Positions 22,221 through 34,037 of a DNA stretch of 64,000 nt are shown piece by piece. The notes beneath the pieces are model-generated. The model was not told where the DNA came from. It saw nothing but the letters and a program-made list of their open reading frames with translations, and made no database searches. The stretch comes from Selaginella moellendorffii (Eukaryota; Plantae; Lycopodiophyta). Position numbers and translations under genes: made by a program. The DNA lies in the NCBI RefSeq assembly GCF_000143415.4, contig NW_003314287.1, positions 1,571,514 through 1,635,513 on the forward strand. The letters run 5' to 3'. The stretch's first letter is position 1; the number at the start of each line of letters is the position of its first letter.

Positions 22221-22994
22221 TCAGCTAAAATAAACATCAGCAATATCTCAAACCTAAAAGAATAATCTAAGACACAATATATAATCAAGCTATAAGCCAT
22301 CAATGACTAAAGATTGTCAATCACCCCTTTATTAAAGATGCATAATTATTATTGAAAAATAATTCACTATATGGTGAATGACAAATTATTCATTATCAAT
22401 CAAGAAAGACCTCTAATAAAAATAATTAACTATCCTAACGATAATCAATCATCACCAAAAATAGCAAGATGAGGAAATTAACTCAAACATCAAATCTAAT
22501 GAGCTATCCATAAAAGCACAATGATAAACTAGATGATCTGTAAAATATCAGGAGCCAAAACATTTAGAGTCTTGAAAAGCCACTATAGAGACAACAATTA
22601 TTGAACACTGCTCAGAGACAAAATTTACAATTGCAAAAAACATTACTAAGCCGGTGTTTAAGAAAGTTTATAAATTATAAACTGAAATAAATGAATTTCC
22701 ACCATTAGATGATAAAATATACTAGAATCCCATTTAGCCCTGTGGATGGCGAGGAGGGATTGAATGCCAAGGCGTGCAGTGGCAGCACTGATGCTGCAGC
22801 CATAACATTAACCCTGCGAAATATAAAATATTTGAAACCTCATACTTGCCTGTTGCCTTGTGTCCACAAAAATATATGTATATTTTAAGAACTCACTATT
22901 ATTCACAAAAATTTGTGTGGCCTATTCTCAAAATATCTTGAGAAAGGATGTTGATTTACATAGATTTTTGGCCTCTGCAGTTAGATTTCCCAAC

Positions 22995-23114
22995 CATTTT
23001 GACTGACCACATTTATTTTTTATTGACTCCAAGTGCATATGTATATTTCCTTGGAATCAAACATTTTGACTGACCATATTCATTATTCTATTGACTCCAA
23101 GTGCACATACATAT
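22995..23114 (+). promoter_or_regulatory. Duplicated ~52-bp element carrying four W-boxes
   Basis: TTGACT at 22999, 23023, 23066 and 23091 (two as TTGACTGACC), ending about 80 bp before the RLP ATG. Confidence 0.55.
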
Positions 23115-23176
23115 GCCAAATTGGAGGAAACCATACATAAAAAGGCAAGAAACTCAGAGTGTCTCTGCTTTGCTTC

Positions 23177-25232
23177 ATGGGTTCAGGCATAGTGATTGTT
23201 GTTCTCGTTTTTTCCTTCATCTTCTCGTTCTCGAATGCAAAAGAGGATTCATCTGTGCTTTTGAGCTTCAAAAACTCTGTGGATGATCCATCTAAAACTC
23301 TGTCCAGCTGGAATACAAGTGTCAACTTCTGCCGGCACTGGAATGGCATAGCCTGCACGGCGAAAGGCCGCGTTTCCGTTCTTGCACTTGAGAATTTAAC
23401 ACTTCCGGGGTCGCTCTTGGTTTCCACAATCAACTCTTTGCCCTTCTTACTCGAGCTATCTGTCTTGGGAAGCAACTTCACTGATGCTTTGAATTCCTCC
23501 AAACAAGCCTGCTCACTTGAGTTGATCGAACTGTCGGGTAATCAAAACATGTCTTTCACGACCAATTTTGATGCTATGCTAGTCTGCAAAGGTCTAAAGA
23601 TTCTCAATCTTTCAAACAATCAAATTGAGGGTAAGATTCAGGTGCCAATAGGCAGCGTTTTGGAAGTAATGGATCTCTCCAACAACTTCTTTAGTGGGGA
23701 GCTTCCCCACTTACTGTTTTCACAGTGCAAGAGATTGAGATATCTAGACCTCTCCCACAATCATCTCACCGGAGAACTCCCAGAGGATCTTTTTAAAAAT
23801 TGTACTAATCTACAGCAAATCTCTCTGGCCTCCAACAGCTTCCGTGGCACGTCATTTCCCTCTATTCACTCCTTACCATCGCTAGAATTTCTCGACGCTA
23901 GCTTCAACAACTTCACAGGTCCGGTTCCTGCAATTCATGAGAACCTCAAGCATCTTAATCTTAGCTCAAACAATTTCAGCACAACCAGGGAAACCTTATG
24001 TCCATCGCTCAACTCCTCGAGGCTGGAGAGCTTGATCCTGGTCAACAACAAGCTCACCGGAAGGGTATTGGACAGCGTCATGAATTGCTCTAGCCTTAGG
24101 ATGTTGGATTTGAGCTTCAATTCGTTAACAGGAGAGATTCCAAGCAGCATATGCAAACAACTTCCCAAGCTCGAGCACTTTCTCGCGTGGGTAAACAACC
24201 TCCAGGGGCAGCTTCCCCAAAACCTTGCATCGTGCAGTAACCTCACCGAGATCATCCTCACTTTCAACAATCTCAGTGGAAACATTCCACCTGAGCTGTT
24301 GTCCAGCACAAAGGGCCTCCAATGGTTATGCTTGAGTAATAGAGTTGCCTGATTCATTGGAGCACGCAAAGGAGATGCTAGTGCTTCAGCTGAGCAACAA
24401 CAGCCTGCAGGGCAAACTGCCCAGCAACATGACCATGCAGACGATAGATCTCCGTGGAAACAGCTTGAGCGGGAGGATTCCAGCTTCTTTGAGTGGTTTC
24501 ACAGGCACCAAATCTGCCAAATCCAACGTTGCTGGGACGAGCTTGAAGCTAGCAGCAGGGATAAAAACATGTGGTTGCATCGACAACACTTTTATCCTAC
24601 AAGGAATCTCTTTGGAAGAAATGGAGAGCCTACTTTCTGCCAAGAGCGGTGGCTGCAAATGCTCCATAAGTTTCCTTCCAGCAAGCTTTTATGGTTTCTC
24701 CACCACCAGCCCTGCGTTCATCGATGTTTCATTTAACAGACTGGTGGGAGACATCCCGCGGGAGCTTGGGAGCATGCAGGACGCCAATTACCTCAGTGTT
24801 GCACATAACTTCCTGTCCGGAACAATCCCCGTGGAGCTCGGGTATCTCAAGAAAATGATAGGGATGGACTTGTCATTCAATGATCTCCAAGGAAGCATTC
24901 CAAGCTCGTTTTCGTCTCTCCAGTCCCTCACAGGGTTGAATGTGTCGCATAACAACTTGTCCGGTCCAATTCCACAGGGTGGTCAGCTTTGGACACTTGA
25001 TCCGAGCAGCTATGCTGGAAATGCCGGTCTGTGTGGTTTCCCTCTAGCATCATGCATCACATCACCACCAACAGCAACGAATCGTGCTGACCATGGCGAT
25101 GGCGATGGTGGATTGGGAGCAGTTCTTGCGGTGAGCTTTGCAATTGGGGTGCTGGTCTCGGTTATCTCCTGTACAATGGTAGTCACCATTGATAGTAGGA
25201 AACGCTTTGTGGAGAGAGCTTGCTATGGATGA
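23177..25232 (+). pseudogene. BRI1/BRL-like LRR receptor-like protein (island domain, TM, no kinase), one frameshift at ~24340
   Basis: Signal peptide, Cys-pair N-cap, plant LRRs, ~70-aa island (24492-24710), 4 further LRRs, GNAGLCGFPL C-cap, TM, 14-aa tail; two overlapping ORFs 23159-24352 and 24345-25232. Confidence 0.8.
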
Positions 25233-25870
25233 TGGACACACCGAATAAAAAAGAGAGCCCTCAGACTAAGGCCATGTTTTCTCCACACACAACCGAGCGC
25301 TCTCTTTCTCGACAAATCCATTCGCAGCAAAGAGACGAGACCCACAAAGGAAACGACCCAACACTCGTTCTCGAGCCCAGTCTCGTAAGGAGACCAAACA
25401 AATGCTCGATCAAACAAGCCAGGGCCGCCGCCAATGCGAAACCCCTCTTACCGCAACTTCATCCCTGCCGAGAAAACGAGAGCGCCCAGCCACAAATTCG
25501 GTGTGGTTAAGACAGTGGTCATCACCGGGCTGATGAAATAGATCTCAGCGAAAAGGATTTCCTCACGCTTCCAGGAGCACTGGGAAAGATAACGCAGTGA
25601 AAAAACCATCACAGATCTGCTAGTAAAAGGGGCATCTCAGAAACCAGGATTAGCAGCTGGTATACCGTGCATCTGCATCGGATCCACAGAGAGACCCATG
25701 AAAGCGCAAGGATAAACAAGGAAATCCTCCCCGATGCCCAAAGAACCCTAGCTACTGACCAAGAACCCTAGTCCCAATAGCGAATTTTATACAGCCAAGA
25801 ACCCTAATTCAAGGGCCTCCAAAATTGGAGTAAGAAGATATTTAAAAACGAAAGTTTCTTCGGCCGAAAG

Positions 25871-26514
25871 TTATCCTCTCCCTCGCAGCAATTCCTCGAT
25901 GACATCCAATCGCGTCTCCACTCCGGAGATTCTTGACATGATCGCCTGCCAAAGAGAGCTAGATCGAAAGAGAAAAAAGAAAAACCCATGGATCATACCT
26001 CTTCCTTCATCCTCCTCTCGTCTTCCTTCCTCGCCTCCTCCTTTCTCTTGGCTTCCTCCGAGCGCGCGTTCCTCGACACCTCGAAAATCACCACTGCTCC
26101 TCCAACCTGGAAAGAATTTTTGGGAAGAATCTCTCAATGCGAAAAGGAATCGAATCGAAGAGTGGCACTTTACTGACCCCAAAAATGAAGAACTCGCCCA
26201 GCATCTCCGACGCGGCTTGCACGGCCTTCTCCTCGTTGAGCGGCCGGATTTCCACATCCGTGGCGTGGCCATAGATCCGCCTTTGCAGATTCACGCTAAA
26301 CCTGTGGTTGAGCTGCAAGAAATCGCGACAACAAGCGCGAGGAGCCAGAGATTTCGAGCGAAATATCGCAATGCCACCGCCATACCTGCGCCATTTTGCT
26401 GATCGACTCGCGAAACCTGGGATGATGCGCCGCCGTCTTCTTCAACCGATTCGCCACGGGCTTGCTCAGCGTCCGCAATGCCAGAGTGGCCAGCTTCATC
26501 AATGGGAAGATCAT
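25871..26514 (-). CDS. OPA3-like protein, 4 exons
   Basis: MIFPLMKLATLALRTLSKPVANRLKK; IRPLNEEKAVQAASEMLGEFFIF; coiled-coil EARKEEARKE. Confidence 0.9.
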
Positions 26515-26662
26515 CGCACCGCATTGACCGGATCGGCCGCGCCAATTCAATCTATACTCGCTACTAGCGCCATCCCAGCAGCTTCTACCATCGCTTCCAA
26601 CATAAACCCTAAACTTCGAGAGATTAAAGAGTAAACACATTTATTAGATTAAGCTATCGCGT

Positions 26663-29238
26663 TTAAGCCAGCGTTCTAAACCATGACAGCGTTTTGCTCA
26701 GCGCTTGGTCCAAAATCCGTGAGCCTTGCTCGATGCCTGGCAGGAAAACCCAAGATTTTTGTCAAGTTTTTCGCTTAGATTTCTTGCTTCGATCGATTGA
26801 AAAGGAAGAACTTACCGAGATCTACAGCCACTCTGTGACCACACATCATTCCAGAGAAGGCTACCGCGATGACTCCTTGGCCGGGAAAGCAGCTATCTCC
26901 AACGCAGTATAGTCCTTCCACTGCCTGGAACATCGACTGTGATGAATCCAACCTATCTTCCAGAAGAAAAAGCTCTAGAGGTTTTTCGCAAACTCACTGT
27001 TGTGTTGAATGGCATCCCGAGAAGTCCTTTGGGTTTTCCAACAGGGATTGGTCCGTAAGTTCCTTGGTCTCGAGCGAGAAAACGTCTGTGAGTTTTAGGC
27101 GTCCCGACCTTTGACACACGAAAGTTACAAAGTCTAGCGTGAGAGAAATGAAAACAAGGAAGGAAACTTGAGAGCCTGCTCGTACCTCTCGAAGAACTGT
27201 TGCGTCCTTGAGACCGGGAAATAGTTTCGCTTCCAGTCTCTTAACGATCACATCGGCCACAGCCTCCTTCTTGTCATTGTACTCCGAGCTACTTAACCCC
27301 TGCGATATCATCAGAAATTTTAGTTCTTTCCTTTGAAAGCTTGTGTGAAAGCTATGGAGCTCCACGTACTTGCCAATCATCGGCCCATGCGGTGGTAAAT
27401 ATGTGAAGAATATGGCGATCCTCTGGAGCTAGCGAGGGATCCAAAACAGTGGGAATGCTCAAGAAGATCGTACCATAAGGCTTCTCGAGGTTATCCCACG
27501 AGTCCTACAAGAGAAAACCAAAGACTCAAGCTAGGAAAAATGAAAAGCCCGAGTAGCATACCTCGAGAACGAGATGATGGCACTCGGTTCCTTGAGGCAA
27601 AACTTCGGCTCTCACTCCCATATGTATTGAGAGAAACGATGGAGCTTTCTTGTAGACTTTCTGGAAGCGTCGTTCTTCGTCTGGCATTTCAGAATCGAGC
27701 AGCTTTTCTGGTGATCGAAGCAAACGCAAGGTCATATTCTAGAAACCAAATTCACCATGATAGTCGAAAACAGTACCAAAAGTATCCCATCGCGTAGCAT
27801 TGGAGATAACTGTTTTGCCAAGTAATCGTGTTCCATCGGCTAGTTGCACGCCAACCTGAACACCTGAAGCGATCTCACACTCGTTAAACAATCTTGCAAA
27901 CCAACAGAAGCGCCAGAAGGAAAAAATATATACAAAGTGGAACGAAAAGAGTGAAAGCTCACCGCTTTGTTTTGCTCCATCAAGATTTTCTTCACGTTGG
28001 ACTTGTAGCGAATTTCGCCTCCTCTCTCAATCAGGCCGTCTGCCAGCTCTTGTGCTATCAATCCGACACCTCCAACGGGATAGTTGATCCCTCCGAAGTG
28101 TCGATCGCAAATCACCTACAAAGCAAAGAGTGTTTGCTATAATCTGTTCGTCTTCTTTGGAAAGAAGTGTTACCATGCTCGCATTGATCATTGGTGTACA
28201 CAACGCGTCGACGGTACTGACGAGGAAGCACTAGAACAAAATCACAGTTAAGCCGAAACTGGAAAAAAAAAAAGTTCTAAAGCTTACTTCGGTATCTATA
28301 AACGACAGCAAAACTGGATCTTTGATGTACTTCCTCGCAATATCACCAGCATTTTGGGGAAGATAGTACGCTGCGCGAAACAAAAAATGAGAAAAACCAA
28401 TGTCTAGAATCGAGTTTTTAAACTCACCAAGAGTCAAGCAAGCCAGTGGGTTTCTGAAAAACTGGCCGAAAAGGTAGAGCGGCTCCTCGAGAGATTTAAG
28501 CTCCAGCGAATTCAATGCGTTAAAAACCTGTGCATGGATGGTTCGTCGACGAGGAAACAACGAAAAGCGAGCAAACAAAACCTTCCAGCATTCTCCGTAG
28601 AAGCCTCGTATTCCTTTCTCTTCGTGTGGAAACTGGTCGACAAGCTCGCCGATGAAATCCTCGTAGTCTCGATGAACTCTCACGGACAAGTTGTTTGGCA
28701 TATGGTAGTGGACAGTGGTGGGATCGGGTATGAGCTCCAACTTTCGTCCGACAGCAGCCAAGGCACGAGTTATCAGATTGATCGACCCCTGGATGGAGCA
28801 AGAACAAAAAAGAGTTGGAACGCTTCTCAAGAACAAACTTTGTCCACTTGCCTTGTCGCTGAAACCAAACATGACGGACGATCCAACATCGAAAGTGTAG
28901 CCATCTCGCTTGAAAAACCCAGCACTTCCACCAGGAATCACGTACTTCTCTAGCAGCAGCACCGAAGCGCCACGGATTGCGAGTTGACTTGCTGCAACCA
29001 AGCCCCCGATTCCAGCGCCAACCACAATCGCATCGTACCTCTTCTCCGCGAAGAATCCCTGGCTTCCATCGCTAGGAGCTGCCGAGACGGAAGCTTGGCT
29101 CGTGGAAACAGCCGCCGCAGCAAAACCGGCGTGGGTGCCAAGACGCACGGATCTCTGCTTGCTTGGAGCTCCAAAACAAGGCAAAGGATTCGTGGGTCTT
29201 GCGGAGACTCCACAAGGAGCGAGAATTGCCGGTGCCAT
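26663..29238 (-). CDS. CRTISO: Carotenoid isomerase (prolycopene isomerase), multi-exon
   Basis: Transit peptide, FAD-binding [72 protein letters not shown]-terminal LSWFRTLA*. Confidence 0.95.
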
Positions 29239-29496
29239 CGTCGTGACGAGTGGACACTACCGCACCATTGCGAGAGATTTTGAGTGACCCAACAAAGTGG
29301 CCTCCACCTTGAAGATAAAAAAATACCCAAGGAATCAAGCAAACACCGAGATTCCATCAAGAACAAGACGAGCTCTTAGTTTGTCCTCCGAAAGAGAAGA
29401 CTTGTCAGTTAGTTTTTTCCTCTTCACGTCCAAGAACACGACGACACTGGAGAAGAAAAGTGTGAAGAAAAAGATTAGTTTTGCGAGGAGCGAAGC

Positions 29497-30997
29497 TCAA
29501 ATGGAAGAGATTTGATCTCTCAAAAGCCGGAGCAGCGGTTCCAAGGCGTTGGGCGAGAACTTCCTCGCAAAGAAGAGGCACGTACCGACGGTGTGGCCAT
29601 TGTAGGAGCAATCTCCAGCGCGCCGGAACCTGTCCAAAAACTCTGGAGTCACGTCGTCGCGGCCAAACATGGCCGGGTGCGCGCCACCCCGAGACCAATC
29701 CACCGCCGTCAAGCTCCGGTTGGCCAGCGCGGAGCCAAACTCGATGCTCAGCATCGTCGGGATGTAGTGCTCGTCGACGTAGCACGCGGGCCGGCAAAAA
29801 TCCCGAAACTTTGGATAGTACTTGTTGTCCGCCACCAAATGGAGCGCCAGCTTCCGCTCCATCTCGAACCACTGCGAGCCTTTCCTCCACTGCTCGAGCG
29901 TGACCTCGGGCAGCATGTTTGTGCTGTATCGCCCGCGTCCAAACGGGCCCGGATCGTCGAAAACTCCCACGAAGCTGTGCTGGGAGTTGATCACGTAGCG
30001 GTAGAAAGTGGTGAAGTTGTGGAGCGGGGCGCAGCTCTCCGAGAGGAGCACGAACCTGTGGTTGGAGTGGTCGAGGAGAGCGTTGGCTACGAGCCGCCTC
30101 TCGGCGTCACACATTGTGATCTCTCCCCACTGCGTGTCCTGGAAGAACGAAGTTGCACAAACACTTAGTTCCCGAGTAAGAAGAACACACAAAAACGAGA
30201 TTTTGGAGGTGTGATCCATCCATGTTCACTCTCTGGATCGAAACCAAGGAGTGTGGAGGAAGAAAACCATCAGCTTTTCAGTAAACGAAGTTCGAAGAAC
30301 ACACAAAAACGAGATATTGGAGGTCTTCACTGTCTGGATCAAAACCAGAGAGCGTGGAGAAAGAAAAATATCAACTTTTGAGGAAAAGAGGCCTGGAAAC
30401 ACACCGAGAAAATCATCCACGAACTTACCTCACGGAGAAAAGATGGTATAGCAAACACACTCTAGCAAGCCAAACAAACAAGGACGCGAAAAAGAACAGT
30501 GAGAGAGCTTGTCGCCATACCTGGCTTGGAATGTGCCGACCATAGAAAACCGAAGTTTTCGGAAGATCCATGGCGAAGCCCGGCAGCGCATGGATGTAGA
30601 TCGAGTAGCGGCCTTCGTTCCCCCGGAAGAACATCTCCCACAGCGGGGCCAGAGGGAGAGGCCCCCTCGTCATGAACAAAAACGCCACCTTGCGGATCTT
30701 CTTCACTGGCGGACCCTGGCGCAGTGGAGCCAACGAAGCCAACCACAAGAGCTCCGGATCGGAAACGTTGTGCTTCACGGGAAATCCCCCCCACAGCCAC
30801 TCCCTGGCGAACTTCAAGCTGTCGATCGGGGAGGAGGAGGTGTAGCAGCCACTGCCTGGATTTGCCGAGAGAAAACCACGCCGGAGGTTGAGATAGTCGG
30901 ACATGTGAAGGCTGGCCAGGACCCCCAGGAGCAAACCTGTGAAGAGCGCGATGCATAGTAGCATGAACTTTGCGAGTCCTTGCGGCCACTTGATCAT
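29497..30997 (-). CDS. Core-2/I-branching beta-1,6-GlcNAc-transferase family (DUF266), 2 exons (30997-30521, 30138-29497)
   Basis: N-terminal TM, KVAFLFMTRGPLPLAPLWE, AERRLVANALLD, FVLLSESCAP, WRKGSQWF, CYVDEHYIPT, FFARKF. Confidence 0.92.
30147..30375. repeat. Degenerate tandem duplication inside the DUF266 intron
   Basis: gaagaacacacaaaaacgagat.ttggaggt...ttcact.tctggatc.aaacca occurs twice. Confidence 0.7.
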
Positions 30998-31391
30998 GGT
31001 GGCGGTGGCGGCGCCCTGGAATCTGGAAGTCAGCAGCCTCTCACACCACTACTGCCGGCGCAGCTAAATCTTGAGTCATGGACTGGAAGAAGAACCAAAA
31101 CTATTTTTTTTTCTCTGCAGCTCTCAGCACCAATTCAGCTCATACCCACTGCGAAAAATAGGGCGCTGGGAGAAAGAGCTCCTGGATCACTGCTCCACAT
31201 TCTCTCACTCGCTCGAGAGAAAAAAATCGAGGAAACCTGGAGAATTGCTTGCGCTGCTGGGTTTGCCCAGTATCGCTCCTTGTATCCTAGCTTAGCGCTA
31301 AGTCCCTGCTTTACCTCTCTTTTGACATCTCGTGATTCCAGCCCTTACGCATATTCCACAGGATATTTCCCCTTAGATCTTACCGAAGTCA

Positions 31392-33260
31392 ATGGTTCTT
31401 TACCTTCCAATGGATAGAACCCAATGCTACGGTTCCATTAGGCTTTGCAGTAGCGTAGACGCTCTCGCTCGTCTTCACTCTACCATCAAACACCACCTTC
31501 CAGATGACCTCAAGATGGCTAACATGCTGCTCCAGAAATATGCCCAGCTTGGGCATTTGCAGCAGGCTATACACGTCTTTGACTCTATTCTTCACAAGGA
31601 CAGTTTCTCTTGGAACTCGATGCTCTCCGCGTATGCCCGTGCCGGAAAGCTCGAGCAAGCGGAGCGGATCTTTACCCAGATGCCAGATCCAAACCTTGTG
31701 TCTTATAACGCAATGTTGTCTTCATATGCCATCAATGGGCATATTAGAGATGCGGAAAAACTCTTTGATTCCATCCCTCTAACAAACCAAGTGACTTGGG
31801 CAGCTATCCTTGGCGCATATGCCCGAAACGGGCATATGGAAAAAGCTAAAGGAATCTTTAGCACGATGCCGGAGTATAGCCTTGTCTCGTGGAACTTGAT
31901 TCTCTCTGCCTATGCCGATAGAGGGCATTTGAAAGAGGTGGTGGAAGTTTTCCAAACAATGAAAGAAAGAAACGTGGGATCTTATAATGCATTGCTCTCT
32001 GGGTATGCTTTTGACAGAAGCCAAATCTCAAAAGCAAGGAATATACTTGATACGATGCCAGAGAGAGATTTGGTGTCGTGGACTGTCATGCTAATAAGCT
32101 ATGCCCAGAAAGGGCATCTGGACGAAGCTCAGGTGATTTTCGAGAATATGGAAGAGCGGGATGTGGTTACGTGGAATGCAATGTTAGCTGCCTACTCTGC
32201 AAATGGCCGCGTCAAGGAAGCCAAGACAATGTTTGACAAGATGAAAGAGCACAGCCTTGTGTCGTGGACCACGCTGATATCAGCATATGGCCACAATGGA
32301 CGCGTTGACCAAGCGCTTAATTTGTTTAACCAGATGGAAGAGCATGATTTGACTACGCGTAACACTGTATTGGCGATGCTTGTTCAAAACAATCAATTTG
32401 AGGATGCCAAAAGAATCTACGATCGTACTCCAATTCTAAACGAAGTAAGCTTGACTATTATGGTGGAAGCATATGCCCAGAAAGGCCATTTGGAAGAAGC
32501 AAAATGCATGTTTGATCGCCTGAAAGTCAGAAGTTTGATATCTTCAACGGCAATGTTGTGTGCATACGCTTTGTTCGAATTCACAGAAGAAGCAGAAAAC
32601 ATGTTTCATTCCATGCAAGAGCACGATATTGCCTCGTGCAATGCAATGGTGTCAGCATATGCCCAACATGGGCATATCTGTGAAGCTAAGTTCTTATTTG
32701 ATGCGTTGCCCTTTCGAGATTCGATCTCCTGGAACGCAATGCTCTCGGGCTACATCCAAGCCGGGAAGCTCCAAAAGTCTTGGCAATTCTTCACGAAAAT
32801 GCCAGAAATAGATTCTTTCTCGTGGAACTCATTCCTTGCCGGCTATGCCCAGCGCGGAGAAATCGATTCCCTCGCCACCCTGCTTCACTCGTTGGCCTTA
32901 ACGCTCCTCCCAGACGAGATCTCTTTCGTGTGTGTGTTCTTGGCACTCAGCCACAGTGGTAATCTCTTCTCGGCCTGGAAATACTTCCTGTCCATGAGCA
33001 GTGACTACAACTTGGTTCCAACAAAGCAGCATTTTTGCTGCATGGCCAATTTGCTGGGTCGAGCCGGTTACCTGAAAGAAGCCGAGGATTTAATCGCGAC
33101 CATGCCGTATGTGGGCGACGATTTGGACTGGACATGTGTGCTTGCGTCTTGCGGCTTACACAAAAACATGGAGCTCGCTAATCGAGCTAGCAAATGTGTG
33201 CTTGGCTTCAACAGCAAATACGCTCCAGCATACTTATTAGTAGCAAACATGGCAGGATAA
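31392..33260 (+). CDS. PLS-class PPR protein ending in E domain (no DYW)
   Basis: Tandem 31-aa motifs; C-terminus HFCCMANLLGRAG...WTCVLASC...YLLVANM; start may be the ATG at 31410. Confidence 0.92.
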   Translation: MVLYLPMDRTQCYGSIRLCSSVDALARLHSTIKHHLPDDLKMANMLLQKYAQLGHLQQAIHVFDSILHKDSFSWNSMLSAYARAGKLEQAERIFTQMPDPNLVSYNAMLSSYAINGHIRDAEKLFDSIPLTNQVTWAAILGAYARNGHMEKAKGIFSTMPEYSLVSWNLILSAYADRGHLKEVVEVFQTMKERNVGSYNALLSGYAFDRSQISKARNILDTMPERDLVSWTVMLISYAQKGHLDEAQVIFENMEERDVVTWNAMLAAYSANGRVKEAKTMFDKMKEHSLVSWTTLISAYGHNGRVDQALNLFNQMEEHDLTTRNTVLAMLVQNNQFEDAKRIYDRTPILNEVSLTIMVEAYAQKGHLEEAKCMFDRLKVRSLISSTAMLCAYALFEFTEEAENMFHSMQEHDIASCNAMVSAYAQHGHICEAKFLFDALPFRDSISWNAMLSGYIQAGKLQKSWQFFTKMPEIDSFSWNSFLAGYAQRGEIDSLATLLHSLALTLLPDEISFVCVFLALSHSGNLFSAWKYFLSMSSDYNLVPTKQHFCCMANLLGRAGYLKEAEDLIATMPYVGDDLDWTCVLASCGLHKNMELANRASKCVLGFNSKYAPAYLLVANMAG

Positions 33261-33415
33261 AAAATCTCTCTAAAGAAAATCTTTGGTAAAGTTGTTCGTT
33301 GAAGATTTTTTCCAAGGCATGGAACACATGTCTCTACATGGTTCCCGCCTTACACTGTAGAACTCTTGTTCTTTTTTTTTTTTTTTTATCGCAATCCCAG
33401 AAGAGGGTTTCGGTG

Positions 33416-34014
33416 ATGGCGGCCTTGACAACAATCTGGCAGCCTGCTACTTCGGAACGATCAGCCACTCGAAGATCTTCCATGGTATGTATGAGCATCT
33501 GTTTGTAGGATACATCGAACGAGCGCATTTCCAGATCCACACGGGATTCCGCCGACTCACACCAAGAGCCAAGAGAAACTCTACAAGGTGCTCAGTGTCA
33601 CACCAAGAGCAAAGCTGCTCGAATAGAGTTCCAACATTCTGGGAGCGTTTGTTGCTTGCCTGGCAAGTTCTCTTCCCGCCTTCAAACTCTAGCGCAGAGA
33701 CAAGTGCCAACATCGCGAAGCAGCGGTTGAAGATGGTTCTCATCGCAGATAGGTGTGCTGTAAGCGACGCAGCGAAGCGGATGATCGTCTCCAACGTTGT
33801 TGGAGCAATGTCTCATTTTGTCGAGGTTGAGTCGGAGGAGAAGGTCCAGCTAAACGTGACGACCGATTCCGAGCTTGGCACCATTTACTCCATCACTATT
33901 CCGGTGAGAAGAGTAAAGCCAGAGTATCAGCTTTCCTCCAAAGATTTGGAGGGCGTGGAGCTAGCGGAAGGATTGACTTGCAACATTGTTCTCGATCCTT
34001 CTCGGGAACCATAG
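33416..34014 (+). CDS. MinE1: Plastid division protein MinE, 2 exons (33416-33484, 33535-34014)
   Basis: FWERLLLAWQVLFP, SANIAKQRLKMVLIADRC, FVEVESEEKVQLNV, LGTIYSITIPVRRVKPEY; 50-bp GT-AG intron restores the frame. Confidence 0.92.
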
Positions 34015-34037
34015 CCAGCAGCATCCAACTCTTGTTT

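Noticed and set aside
22730-22820. GC-rich exon-like island (MAAASVLPLHALAFNPSSPS on the minus strand)
   Set aside because: Single short fragment with no continuing ORF; cannot be assigned.
25233-25800. Decayed juxtamembrane/kinase domain after the BRL-like TM (KREP-like trace near 25250)
   Set aside because: No GxGxFG, VAIK, HRD or DFG motif seen in the plus-strand frames; the match is too short to be meaningful.
33485-33508. 24-nt intron in MinE1
   Set aside because: Too short and gives the wrong frame; the acceptor at 33534 gives a 50-nt intron and the correct frame.
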